Shown in pieces: positions 14,446 to 27,135 of a stretch of DNA of 63,943 bases. The position numbers and the translations under genes were made by a program. The notes beneath the pieces are model-generated. The model saw only the letters and a list, made by a program, of their open reading frames with translations, was not told the DNA's origin and did not search any database. Source of the stretch: Octopus bimaculoides (lineage: Eukaryota); contig NC_068998.1 of assembly GCF_001194135.2 (NCBI RefSeq), positions 38,588,819 through 38,652,761 of the forward strand, given 5' to 3'. How positions within the stretch are numbered: position 1 is the first letter of the stretch; each line of letters starts with the position of its first letter.

Positions 14446-14543
14446 GTGTGTGTGTATATGTATTTTGTATGTGGTGACTGACGATTTAAAGTCTATTTCT
14501 CAGTATATTGGCATAGAAATTTTTTCTTTTGCCCTTCTTTATA

Positions 14544-14603
<60 letters not shown>

Positions 14604-14647
14604 TATATGAGACCAAAGTGTACGTACACAGTTATATTTTTTTATGT

Positions 14648-15415
14648 ATAAAAAATACAAAAATGGAGCAAGAATGCAAAACATCCAGACAGACGATACA
14701 AAGAAAACAAGGACAGGTCATTCGGACTTTTCTGTCCTCAGTCGAGTTCCAGATCATCTTTGCAATTTCGGCTGGTTATACTCGAGATTGCTCCAATCAG
14801 GCCACCCCCAAGGAAAAACTAAGCTAAGAGCATTAGATTCCTTGGAAGAAAGCAGCGAATGTATATGAAAACAAGGACAGAAAAAAAACCGGAGAATGTT
14901 ACACAAATATAATGCAAATAACAGGACATAACAACAGGTGTCTTTCGACTAAGGATGAATTAAACTAAGCTGGCGTGTGTGGAAGTAAAGCCTTACGGCA
15001 GGGACATAGGTTTTCACAGGGTGGAATATAGATATTGCATGGATGGTAGTTAAACCAAAGAAAGGTCAGGCTTGGCCGAACACCGGTCACGTGGGGAAAG
15101 AAGAGAGAGAGGTAAAAGCAGAGGGATAGAAGAAGTAAGGAAGGGTGAGAAAAAAATAAAAGGGACACAGTGAAGTGAGAAGAGGAGGGAAAGTGAGCAT
15201 GAAGAGAAGACCAGGAAATGTGAGTGAGGAATCTAATGCTCTTAGCTTAGTTTTTCCTTGCGGCTGGCCAGATTGGAGCAATCTCGAGTATAACCAGCCG
15301 AAATTGCAAAAATTATCTGGAACTCAACTGAGGATAGAAACTCCAAATGACCTGTCCTTGTTTTCTTCATATCGTCTGTCTGGATGTTTTGTGTTCTTGT
15401 CCCATTTTTGTATTT

Positions 15416-15419
<4 letters not shown>
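14648..15419. repeat. Inverted repeat with ~190-bp arms (14648-14842 and 15227-15419) around a ~385-bp spacer; unclassified element
   Basis: ctcgagattgctccaatc...ggaaaaactaagctaagagcattagattcc is present as a reverse complement in the second arm; ORFs 14644..14868 (+) and 15087..15281 (-) share QSG-PQGKTKLRALDS. Confidence 0.9.
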
Positions 15420-15459
<40 letters not shown>

Positions 15460-15888
15460 TGTGTATGTGTGTGTGTATGTGTGTGTGTGTGTATGTGTGT
15501 GTGTATATATAAACGTGTGCATAGGATTAAAATTAATCAAAGGACATACTAAATATGTCTACCTACTGGAAATAACAGTCAAAACACTTACTGAAATCGC
15601 TGAAAGAAACACTGATAAATATCTTTGCAAATATTTTCTCCTGAATTATTTGCTCTGTATTGAAATTATATATGTATANNNNNNNNNNNNNNNNNNNNNN
15701 NNNNNNNNNNNNNNNNNNNNNNNNNNNNNNNNNNNNNNNNNNNNNNNNNNNNNNNNNNNNNNNNNNNNNNNNNNNNNNNNNNNNNNNNNNNNNNNNNNNN
15801 NNNNNNNNNNNNNNNNNNNNNNNNNNNNNNNNNNNNNNNNNNNNNNNNNNNNNNNNNNNNNNTATATATATATAAATGTATACATATA

Positions 15889-16997
15889 CAGGGTGGGTAA
15901 GATAATTGAGGACAGGTTTATGTCCATAAAAAAAGCCCAGATATATAACAGATAATAAGTTTATTTATCAAAAAATACTTTGAGGATAAAAATAAACCTT
16001 CTTTTCAATAATGTTATTCAATAAAGCCACCTTCAGCTTCAACAACTGCTTTTATATGAAATCTAAATCATCTACATGCTCAAATCAAGTGGTCCGGGTT
16101 CATTTTGGACATTACTCTGACAATAGTAGCTTTCAAAGAATCTTTGGTGTTGTGAGCATAGTCCAATGGATTGAGATCTGGGGAATTAGGAGGCCAAATG
16201 TTAGCAGTTATGTGATCATGACAATTTTCAGCCATCCATACTTGTGTTACTAGAGCCATGTGTGATAGTGCAGAGTCCTGCTGAAACACATATGTCCTTC
16301 CATTACATACACTGTCTATCTAGGGTTTACAATTATTTCCAGGACTTTAATGTAGAGTTAACTGTAAGGCTTTGTGGAAAGAAGTAAGGAGGCATCACAT
16401 GTACTTCATTACTGACAACCCCTGAAACCATGACAGTTGCAGGAAATTTTAAAAGGGTCTGCACATAACCATCTGTCATTTCTTCTGTTAACTTTTTGAT
16501 CTTGGTCAAAGTTTTTCTTGTTTGAGAAAAACCAAATCAAATCTTCTTCTGCTGGATTTTTCAGTTCGTTTAAGAGCCTTTTAGATCTGATGTAGTGATT
16601 TTCTTTCACTTTTTCTGACAAATTGACCTTTCCTCATCATATAAGACTTATATTTGATGTCTTTGTGGACAGCATTTCTGACTGTTCCTTCTGACACATG
16701 GAGATCTTTTGCAATTGACCTCATGGACTTTCTGGGATTGTAATCAATGGTCTGTTGAACTTGCTGGATAAATTCAGGTGTTCTGATGATTTCAGAGCAT
16801 TTAGAATGCTTTTTATACTTTGGTACTGGTGATTCATTTCCATCTTCAGTCTCTAGCTCCTTACAAATTTTGTAGACAAAAGATCTGGCAAATTTTAAAA
16901 CTCGAGATATTTCTAAATCGCTATGTTCAGCCTTTATAACCACAATAACAGCAAACCCCTTCATTTCTTGAGTAAGCTGAGTGTTCGCCATTATTAT
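15889..16997 (-). mobile_element. DD37D (maT) family 1 transposon, second copy; 5' end lost in (TA)n and gap
   Basis: TIR cagggtgggtaagataattgaggac at 15889. Peptides [11 protein letters not shown]..., FQQDSALSH and WPPNSPDLNPLDY; colinear with 10448-11742. Confidence 0.92.
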
Positions 16998-17017
16998 ACA
17001 TATATATGTATATATAC

Positions 17018-17150
<133 letters not shown>

Positions 17151-17794
17151 CATATGTATATATACATATATNNNNNNNNNNNNNNNNNNNNNNNNNNNNN
17201 NNNNNNNNNNNNNNNNNNNNNNNNNNNNNNNNNNNNNNNNNNNNNNNNNNNNNNNNNNNNNNNNNNNNNNNNNNNNNNNNNNNNNNNNNNNNNNNNNNNN
17301 NNNNNNNNNNNNNNNNNNNNNNNNNNNNNNNNNNNNNNNNNNNNNNNNNNNNNNNNNNNNNNNNNNNNNNNNNNNNNNNNNNNNNNNNNNNNNNNNNNNN
17401 NNNNNNNNNNNNNNNNNNNNNNNNNNNNNNNNNNNNNNNNNNNNNNNNNNNNNNNNNNNNNNNNNNNNNNNNNNNNNNNNNNNNNNNNNNNNNNNNNNNN
17501 NNNNNNNNNNNNNNNNNNNNNNNNNNNNNNNNNNNNNNNNNNNNNNNNNNNNNNNNNNNNNNNNNNNNNNNNNNNNNNNNNNNNNNNNNNNNNNNNNNNN
17601 NNNNNNNNNNNNNNNNNNNNNNNNNNNNNNNNNNNNNNNNNNNNNNNNNNNNNNNNNNNNNNNNNNNNNNNNNNNNNNNNNNNNNNNNNNNNNNNNNNNN
17701 NNNNNNNNNNNNNNNNNNNNNNNNNNNNNNNNNNNNNNNNNNNNNNNNNNNNNNNNNNNNNNNNNNNNNNNNNNNNNNNNNNNNNNNNNNNNNG

Positions 17795-17985
17795 TTTTCG
17801 TGCGGGTGACACGTAAAAGCACCCACTACACTCTCTGAGTGGTTGGCGTTAGGAAGGGCATCCAGCTGTAGAAACTCTGCCAAATTAGATTGGAGCCTGG
17901 TGTTGCCATCCGGTTTCACCAGTCCTCAGTCAAATTGTCCAACCCATGCTAGCATGGAAAGCGGACGTTAAACGATGATGATGAT
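17795..17985 (+). mobile_element. RTE-tail family D copy
   Basis: gtgcgggtgacacgtaaaagcacccactacac...gcatggaaagcggacgttaaacgatgatgatg. Confidence 0.85.
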
Positions 17986-18011
17986 ATACATACATATATA
18001 TGTATATATAC

Positions 18012-18042
<31 letters not shown>

Positions 18043-19339
18043 GTTCAAAAACACAATAACAAAAAAACAAAAAAACAACAAAGTGAGGACGTGATATGGA
18101 TAGTATTATTGGACGCTCAGGAAAGGATATATATATACACATACATACATGCATATACATGTGTGTATGATGTGAGCGTATGTGTGTGTGTGTGTGTGTG
18201 TTTAATAGTTTCAAACATGTGTTTATAAATATACAGAAATTGGTTTGTTTCGTAATATATGAGTCTTCTATTTTAGATCTATCAACTGGAAGAAAAATGA
18301 CACATAAACACACATTAATAAAAAAAAAAAAACTCACCAAAACAAAGAACTGAAATATATTTTAACCGAGAAAGTTAACAAACCAGATTAATTAAAATTA
18401 TCTCAAAATGACACTTGGATTACTCTCACTGGGATTATCCTCGCAATGGAATAAAAAGCATTTTACAAATGGTCTTTCCTTCCACCCCATTCTGTTTCCC
18501 ATCTTCTACCCACATGCCCTCTTGCCATACTTGTTGGAACAGAACTAGAATTCTCGTCGTGACTGTTTCAGTGTTACATATATCTCAGAAAATAACCATG
18601 CTGAGATAATTAAACCAACTCTGCTGAACAAATGCTTCCGCTATGCTTGCCATTTATCGGCAACAGAAGTGTGTAGCAAGGAATCAGATTAGATTGCTGA
18701 TGAAAAAGAAAAAAAAAAGAATTCTCAAAAATGGAACAAAATAGCTTGGAGAATTGGAAAATTATTATTTATTTATTTATAGTTTTTATTTATTTATTTA
18801 TTTATTTTGCACGTGTGTTTTTAATCTCACCGCTTATTTTTTTATTGTCTGAAAATAGTAATTTTCTTTTGCCATTGTTGATTCCAGTCTGAACATTTAT
18901 ATGATGGCCAACAACATTGATCATTAATTTCACCCATCTTATGTCGGCATCTCATGTGGACATTTCTAGTGGCTGGCTACCTTCTCTGGTTATCTCTTGA
19001 CTCTGTTTATTTGTTGTCATGTCGTGTGGTGATTTCTTGATGGTAAAAACTAGAACACTAACCGTAGTCAAGCCAGTGAGAGAACCTCAATGGGATCGCT
19101 CCAGTGTTAGCAATAAAACAGATGCTAAATTACCTCAAAATCACAGCCTGTCCTCATAATCCATCTTTGCAAACAAAGACACGTTAGATAATATAGTCCC
19201 TGATAGATTAGGTAGGATGACCATAGCTGAACTATCTTGGATTATTTATTGGGTTGATCAGAGCTGACCTAGAGCTAAATATCATCATTATCATGGTTGT
19301 TGTTCTCATTGTTGTCATCGTCGTACTTTTTTTTTTTTA

Positions 19340-19553
19340 CCTCTTTTACTTGTTTCAGTCATTTGACTGCGGAGCACCGCTTTTAGTTGAGCAAATCAAC
19401 CTCAGGACTTATTCTTTGTAAGCCTAGTACTTATTCTATCAGTCTCTTTTGCCGAGCTGCTAAGTTATGGGGATGTAAACACACCAGCATCAGTTGTCAA
19501 GCAATGTTGTGGGGACAAACACAGACACACAAACACATACACACATACACATC

Positions 19554-19596
<43 letters not shown>

Positions 19597-20270
19597 NNNN
19601 NNNNNNNNNNNNNNNNNNNNNNNNNNNNNNNNNNNNNNNNNNNNNNNNNNNNNNNNNNNNNNNNNNNNNNNNNNNNNNNNNNNNNNNNNNNNNNNNNNNN
19701 NNNNNNNNNNNNNNNNNNNNNNNNNNNNNNNNNNNNNNNNNNNNNNNNNNNNNNNNNNNNNNNNNNNNNNNNNNNNNNNNNNNNNNNNNNNNNNNNNNNN
19801 NNNNNNNNNNNNNNNNNNNNNNNNNNNNNNNNNNNNNNNNNNNNNNNNNNNNNNNNNNNNNNNNNNNNNNNNNNNNNNNNNNNNNNNNNNNNNNNNNNNN
19901 NNNNNNNNNNNNNNNNNNNNNNNNNNNNNNNNNNNNNNNNNNNNNNNNNNNNNNNNNNNNNNNNNNNNNNNNNNNNNNNNNNNNNNNNNNNNNNNNNNNN
20001 NNNNNNNNNNNNNNNNNNNNNNNNNNNNNNNNNNNNNNNNNNNNNNNNNNNNNNNNNNNNNNNNNNNNNNNTTTTAGTTGAGCAAATCAACCTCAGGACT
20101 TATTCTTTGTAAGCCTAGTACTTATTCTATCAGTCTCTTTTGCCGAGCTGCTAAGTTATGGGGATGTAAACACACCAGCATCAGTTGTCAAGCAATGTTG
20201 TGGGGACAAACACAGACACACAAACACATACACACATACACATCTACATACATATATATATATATATAAA
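19340..20270 (-). mobile_element. SINE family B 3' half, present identically on both sides of a gap (probable assembly duplication)
   Basis: 19381-19590 and 20072-20270 match essentially base for base. Confidence 0.85.
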
Positions 20271-21222
20271 TATATATATATGTATATATATGTCTATATG
20301 TATGTCTCTTTGTGTATGTGTTTCCCCACCACTACTTTTCAACTAGTGTTGGTGTGTTTACTTCCTTTTAATGAAACAGTTCAACAAAAAGAGAACAATA
20401 GAATAAGTACAGGCTTTAAAAAAATTTAAGTCCTGAGGTTGATTCGTTCAACTAAAAATCTCTCAAGACGGTGCTCCAGCATGGCCACAGCCAAATGGCT
20501 GAAACAAGTAAAAGATAAAAGATAGAAGATATATCAGATTCTACTCACTTCCTACAACAGAGCATATTGAGCTTACATTTTTTTGCAACACAAAAATAAA
20601 TTAGATAAGTTCGATTGATAATTTTTACTGAAAGTGTCACTGAAAATTCTGGCAAGTACATTATTTAGACTTACAGATTTCCTCTCTTCAATCTGTGCAT
20701 AAATATATTACGTACGTAATGGCTCTTCATTGATTTTGATGATGTGTATATTCAGATGTTCAATCAATTGAACTGCCTACTCACTGGTTTGCAGTGAAAT
20801 TTTCTGAACATACTAAGTGCAGGCAAGGCTGTGTGGATTAATGAGTTTGCTTCCCAAGAATGTTGCTTTTGGGTTCAGTACCACTGTGTGGTATCTTGGG
20901 TAAGTATCTCCTACTATGGCCCTGAAACAACCAAGCCTTGCAAGTGGATTAGGTTGATGGAAACCTAATAAACAAATAAGTCTATCATATATATATATAA
21001 GGCTTGGTTGTTTCAGGGCCATAGTAGGAGATACTTACCCAAGATACCACACACACANNNNNNNNNNNNNNNNNNNNNNNNNNNNNNNNNNNNNNNNNNN
21101 NNNNNNNNNNNNNNNNNNNNNNNNNNNNNNNNNNNNNNNNNNNNNNNNNNNNNNNNNNNNNNNNNNNNNNNNNNNNNNNNNNNNNNNNNNNNNNNNNNNN
21201 NNNNNNNNNNNNNNNNNNNNNA

Positions 21223-21650
21223 GGCGTAGAAGTGGCTGTGTGGTAAGTAGCTTGCTTACGAACCACATGGTTCCGGGTTCAGTCCCACTGTGTGGCACCT
21301 TGGGCAAGTGTCTTCTACTATAGCCTTGGGTCAACCAAAGCCTTGTGAGTGGAGTTGGTAGATGGAAACTGAAAGAAGCCCGTCGTATATATGTATATAT
21401 ATATAGATGTAGATGTGTATGTGTGTGCGTGTATGTGTTTGTGTGTGTGTGTTTGTCCCCAACATCGCTTAACAACCGATGCTGGTGTGTTTACGTCCCT
21501 GTAACTTAGCAGTTCGGCAAAAGAGACCGATAGAATAAGTACTAGGCTTACAAAGAATAAGTCCTGGGGTCGGTTTGCTCGACTAAAGGCGGTGCTCCAG
21601 CATGGCCACAGTCAAATGACTGAAACAAGTAAAACAGTAAAAGATTAAAG
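21223..21650 (+). mobile_element. Full-length SINE family B (reference copy)
   Basis: tRNA-like head gtggctgtgtggtaag...gggttcagtccc, CORE-like caccttgggcaagtgtcttc, internal (TA)/(TG) tract, 3' end gactgaaacaagtaaaa. Further partial copies at ~20290-20520, 20815-20990, 22685-22870 and 22905-23105. Confidence 0.92.
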
Positions 21651-21693
21651 AGTATTTATGCATACACACATACACACACACATATACACACAA

Positions 21694-21924
21694 GGCGGCG
21701 AGCTGGCAGAAACGTTAGCACGCCGGGCGAAATGCTTAGCGGTATTTCGTCTGCCGCTACATTCTGAGTTCAAATTCCGCCGAGGTCGACTTTGCCTTTC
21801 ATCCTTTTGAGGTCGATTAAATAAGTACCAGTTACGTACTGGGGTCGATATAGTCGACTTAATCCGTTTGTCTGTCTTTGTTTGTCCCCTCTGTGTGTAG
21901 CCCCTTGTGGGTAGTAAAGAAATA
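21694..21924 (+). mobile_element. SINE family A (tail A1), well conserved
   Basis: ggcggcgagctggcagaaacgttagc...gtcgactttgcctttcatcctttt...taagtaccag...agccccttgtgggtagtaaagaaat. The central motif resembles the Meta-type SINE domain as recalled. Confidence 0.92.
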
Positions 21925-21925
21925 A

Positions 21926-22650
21926 CACATAAAATTACATAAAAACATCTTGAAATACTAAAGAGTAAATTCAATAAAATTGCCGTTCACTTCACCCATG
22001 GCCACCAGACGCCTTTCAAATCTCTTGTGAACGTTGGTGAACATTGCCATTATCGTTGCCTTCTGTTCATCTTTGGTGAACTGTGCCCCACACGTAATAA
22101 TGAAGGAGGTTGCAGTCTGGAGAGTTAAGTGGCCAGATGTTAGAGGTGATGTGGTCGCAGAAATTGTCTGACAGCCATGACTGGGTTCTCCTGCTTGTGT
22201 GGAATGGTGCAGAATCCTGTTGCCGGACAGAGGGTTTTCCAGCAGCCACCCTGTTCACCTAGGGCAGCACTACCTCCACCAGGCACTTGATGTAAGCTTT
22301 CATGTTGAGTCTGAGGCCATGTGGGAAGATGAATGGAGACATAACATCACGATCACTAGTGATCACTCCAAACACGATGATGTTGACTGGATGTTTGATT
22401 TTCATCACTCTCCGTACATGTCTTCAGATTGCACTGTCCTCATTGACAACCAAACACTCTGGAATGTTCATATTGGAGCATCCAGTGCAAATGCAAAGCA
22501 GTACAGCATGTTGTTTCCAAATTTCTGGCAAAGTGAATTGTGTCATGGTGAGTTATTCTCGCAGACAGTGCCCAACTGATCCTACTATACTATGTAGTTG
22601 ACAAAATCAAAAAACAAAGAATGCACATGCGTGAAATTAAAAATATAAAA
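21926..22650 (-). mobile_element. DD37D (maT) family 2 internally deleted transposon, both ends clipped
   Basis: QQDSAPFHTSRRTQSWLSDNFCDHITSNIWPLNSPDCN (ORF 22067..22258); colinear with 47692-48535. Confidence 0.88.
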
Positions 22651-23111
22651 TAGTGTGTGTGTGTGTGTGTGTGTATGTGTAGAAACACAGGCATGGCTGC
22701 TTGACAGCCAGTGTTGGTTTGTTTACATCCTGTAATCTTGCAGTTTGGCAAAGAAGATCAATAAAATAAGTACCAGGCTTTAAAAAACATAAGCACTTTG
22801 ACTAAACCCTACAAGGTGGTACTCCAGCTTGACCGCAGTCCAATACTGAAACAATAAAAGATAAAAGATATTTATATATACCTTTATAAGTGTGTGTGTC
22901 TCTGTGTGTCTGTGTGTGTGTGTGTGTCTGCTTGACAACTGGTGTTGGATGTGTTTACATCCCCATAACTTAGCAGTTTGGCCTAAGAGCGTGATAGAAT
23001 TAGTACCAGGCTTCAAAATAAGTCCTGGGATCAATTAAAATTCCTCAAGGTGGTGCCCCAGCATGGCCACAGTCTTATGACTGAAACAAATAAAAGAATA
23101 AACAAAAAGAA

Positions 23112-23199
<88 letters not shown>

Positions 23200-24454
23200 T
23201 GTGTGTGTGTGTNNNNNNNNNNNNNNNNNNNNNNNNNNNNNNNNNNNNNNNNNNNNNNNNNNNNNNNNNNNNNNNNNNNNNNNNNNNNNNNNNNNNNNNN
23301 NNNNNNNNNNNNNNNNNNNNNNNNNNNNNNNNNNNNNNNNNNNNNNNNNNNNNNNNNNNNNNNNNNNNNNNNNNNNNNNNNNNNNNNNNNNNNNNNNNNN
23401 NNNNNNNNNNNNNNNNNNNNNNNNNNNNNNNNNNNNNNNNNNNNNNNNNNNNNNNNNNNNNNNNNNNNNNNNNNNNNNNNNNNNNNNNNNNNNNNNNNNN
23501 NNNNNNNNNNNNNNNNNNNNNNNNNNNNNNNNNNNNNNNNNNNNNNNNNNNNNNNNNNNNNNNNNNNNNNNNNNNNNNNNNNNNNNNNNNNNNNNNNNNN
23601 NNNNNNNNNNNNNNNNNNNNNNNNNNNNNNNNNNNNNNNNNNNNNNNNNNNNNNNNNNNNNNNNNNNNNNNNNNNNNNNNNNNNNNNNNNNNNNNNNNNN
23701 NNNNNNNNNNNNNNNNNNNNNNNNNNNNNNNNNNNNNNNNNNNNNNNNNNNNNNNNNNNNNNNNNNNNNNNNNNNNNNNNNNNNNNNNNNNNNNNNNNNN
23801 NNNNNNNGAATTGAGTCATGACCAATGAGAATCCTGACCTTTTTATTTCCCTTCTTGTTCAAACCTCTTTTCATCGAAAACAGCAGTTGTGTTCTTGACA
23901 AAATAAGACTCGTAGAATGATTGATCAGGTGAAAAAATATCAAAAAGTGAAAATCTGTAACTCTAAATGCCATACTTGTTTGCATTTTCATGACACTTTC
24001 AGTGAATATTAGCAATCAACCTTATTTTGATATTCAGGTCAGCAATTTAACTCAAGCCCTTGATATGTTTTTCTCTATCACTGATTTTCTTTTTTTTTTT
24101 TTCTTTCTGAAATGTATTTAATTTCATAGATAGAAAGAAGATAATGATAAACTCCATTACACAGATGCTGAGATGTACACAAACAGTATTGGCAATGTGG
24201 GTTCAATTCTCTGATGCTGTTTCTTCACCTTACTCTGTTAATGCAATTGGAAAAAATCATGAACGTTGCATCTTTATTCCTCTAATCAAGTGACTCTCAA
24301 CCATTTTTTGCTCTGTGAACCCCTTCGATTCCTGTTTTACTAAAATGGACCTTCATAACCATTTGACGTTTAAAAAATCTCATATTTTCATAATTAAATA
24401 TTATTAGGAATTGTATAAAATATTTGTTAAAGTATTGTGTATTTATCTTATCTT

Positions 24455-24665
24455 TTATCTTTTATCTGTTTCAGTCATTAGACTGTGGCCATGCTGGGGT
24501 ACCACCTTGAAGAAATTTTAGTCAAATGAATCGACCCCAGTACTTAATTTTTTAAAGCCTGGTACTTTTGACCAAACTGCTAATGTTATGGGGACATAGA
24601 CAAACCAGCACTGGTTGTCAAGCGGCGGTAAGAAACAAACACACACACACACACACACACAAGTA
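24455..24665 (-). mobile_element. SINE family B 3' half
   Basis: tgtttcagtcattagactgtggccatgctggggtaccacc...gttgtcaagcgg. Confidence 0.8.
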
Positions 24666-24829
24666 CAGAGCTTACTGAAGTCAACTTTGCCTTTCATAGT
24701 TTTGGGTTTGATAAATAAAGCAGCAGTCCAGTGCTGGGATAAATTCCTCTCTCTCTCTCTCTCTCTCTCTCTGGATTGTGCTTGTAATTCAAAGGCGTGA
24801 CCATATCACAGCTTGGTGACTGCATCTTT

Positions 24830-27135
24830 GTGCATGCCTTGCACAGCTCTCATAAATCTCAGCTTCTTTACACAAAATTATGTACCCAGGTGGATATCTC
24901 GAATATTTCTTCCATGGGTATCATTAGATTAATGAAGGTCAGTCGCAGATGTTAGCTATGTTTGACATAATGAGAGCAACTTATTTGGGGTAACTTTACA
25001 TTAAGAAGTGGAAAGTACAATTTCTCATAATTCAGACTTCCTCATGAACCCAGCAGACAAAGGGGAAAAGGCATTGCCCTGAAAAATGGCAAGGGAGATG
25101 TGCTGGAACAGCTACTCTGACACATGGAGTTTGCACAAGACAATAGCATCAGAGTTACCTCCTGTTTGTCTTGTATTTGATGTTAATTCCCAGCAGATGT
25201 TTAGGTTTAACAATGTGTATGGTAGCTACAATGAATATGATAAAAAAACATTGTGGTGATGTCATGATCCTGTTTGAATCTGGAGTTAATACCTAAGGAG
25301 TCTGTTGGGCTTCTGCTAGTCTGAACACTGGCAGTGATGTTGTCAAATTGAAAAGCTTAGGATCATGACGAACTCAACAGAACATTAAAAAATATCTTCC
25401 AAAGAAGACCATGTGAGATACTGTTGAAAATCTTGAAAAGGTCTATAAAGACTATCCAGAGGAACTGATACTGTTTACAGCATTTCTCTTAGAGCTGGAA
25501 AGCAAAGGCAAAAAGTTCCTAGTTTTGATGGTAAAAAAAAAATCCTCTTTGAGTCTCATGTACACTCTTCTGAGCTAGTGGTTTAACCCAACGATTAAGA
25601 AAACTGGCTAGAACCTTTCCGATAATGGATATGAGTGAGGTCCTTTTGTAGCTATAGTCCGACCTGTCACCTTTCTTTTAGTACAGGTGACAATATTGCA
25701 TCACTTAGATCATATGAAACATACTGGTAAAGGAGTTGAAATATTGTCCCTCCATTCTTGAAGACTTCAGCCATCTTCTTTGAGACCCTGTCCAAGTGTG
25801 ATCGTTGCCAGAGCACCAGCTGTCTGGCTTTTGTGTTGGTGGCACGCAAATAGCACCATTTGAGCGTGACTGTTACCAACGTCACCTTCCTGGCACTTGT
25901 GCCAGTGGCACATGAAGAGACATTCGAGCGAGTTTGTTGCCAGTGCTGCTGGACTGGCTCCTGTGCAGGTGGCATGTAAAATACACCATTTCAAGCATGG
26001 CCGTTGCCAGTACCTCCTGACTGGCCTTCGTGCCGGTGGCACATAAAAGCACCCACTACACTCTCGAAGTGGTTGGCATTAGGAAGGGCATCCAGCTGTA
26101 GAAACTCTGCCAAATCAGATTGGAGCCTGGTGCAGCCATCCGGTTCACCAGTCTGCAGTCAAATCGTCCAACCCATGCTAGCATGGAAAGCGGACGTTAA
26201 ACGATGATGATGATGATGATGATCAATAGGTCTGAAGGAGATGTGTTTATAAACAGCATCTTCATCAATTTTTTGGATAGCAATTTAGGAGACATTTGCT
26301 CCTTCTATAGCACTGGTTGATTTGGGGCATTAGAATTTTTAATTGTTGTACCATCTCAACTTTGAGGTGACTATCAGTCAACCAATCAGAAGCCATAAAT
26401 GGCCTTTGTAGAAGAATTGTGATTAACATTGGCATTGACTTGACATTAGATCTCTTTAGTCTCTTCCATCTACCTTTAGTCTTTTAACACACAGGTTGTT
26501 TTCTGTATTAGAGTTTTGCTTTTCTGATAGGCTTTCCTCATATTCATGATTTCAAGACTTGACAAATATTTAAGCAAAGTGTAATCATTTAGACCTTGGA
26601 AGTTACCAGGAAGTTTTGCAGCAGTTCTTCTGTTGCAAAAAGGTATTAGTGATGATACGATTATGTTTGGTTAACATCTTTGAAGAATGTTAAACCACCA
26701 GTACTGCCAAGAATTGGCTTTGGTAAGGTTGACACAAATGCTTTGATTGAAGGACAATTGAATTTTTCAAGCAAATCTTCTACAATGAACTAAGAAAAGG
26801 AAAATGGATGAAAGAAGGACAGCTGAAATTACACTTCAAGAACATCCTATAGGCAGCATTTATAAACTGCAGCATTTGTGTGAACTACAGGGAAGCTTTC
26901 TCTTCTGACAGGAAAGCCTGGAGTTTTCTCATTCATCAAAGAGTGAATCACTTTGAATGATGACATTGAGAATATTGTGAGACCAGGAGGGAAAGAAGAA
27001 GAGAAGTTGCTGAACCCAAATGTCAAAATCTGCTCTCGTTTTTGAACTGCTCTACCCTCACTGTCAGAAGATATTCGCCGCTTGTACCTGGACACATGCT
27101 AATAACTCCTGAGCTCAAAGACAATCATATTCCTT
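24830..27135 (-). mobile_element. Heavily decayed RTE-clade LINE ORF (APE endonuclease plus RT), interrupted at 25800-26222
   Basis: Hand translation across stops and frameshifts gives HNRIITNTFLQQKNCCKTSW (APE end), AEVFKNGG, KGDRSDYSYKRTSLISIIGKVLA, ETQRGF, EKC..Q...VFIDL and GINIKYKT, in RTE order. Confidence 0.75.
25800..26222 (+). mobile_element. RTE-tail family D, long copy with four ~66-bp tandem modules
   Basis: Modules begin gttgccag/gttaccaa at 25804, 25872, 25936 and 26003, followed by gtggttggcattaggaagggcatccagctg...ggacgttaaac(gat)n. Confidence 0.9.

Noticed and set aside
18860-18960. Minus-strand Cys-rich stretch MRCRHKMGEINDQCCWPSYKC
   Set aside because: Short, closed by stops on both sides and without a polypyrimidine acceptor.
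20575-20690. Minus-strand open stretch IEERKSVSLNNVLARIFSDTF... with AG/GT boundaries, LRR-like
   Set aside because: It overlaps a segment with a diverged inverted copy at 23951-24011, so an old repeat is more likely; motif similarity is weak.
24290-24450. Possible hAT-like MITE fragment
   Set aside because: Only one putative end is visible and there is no second copy in the window.
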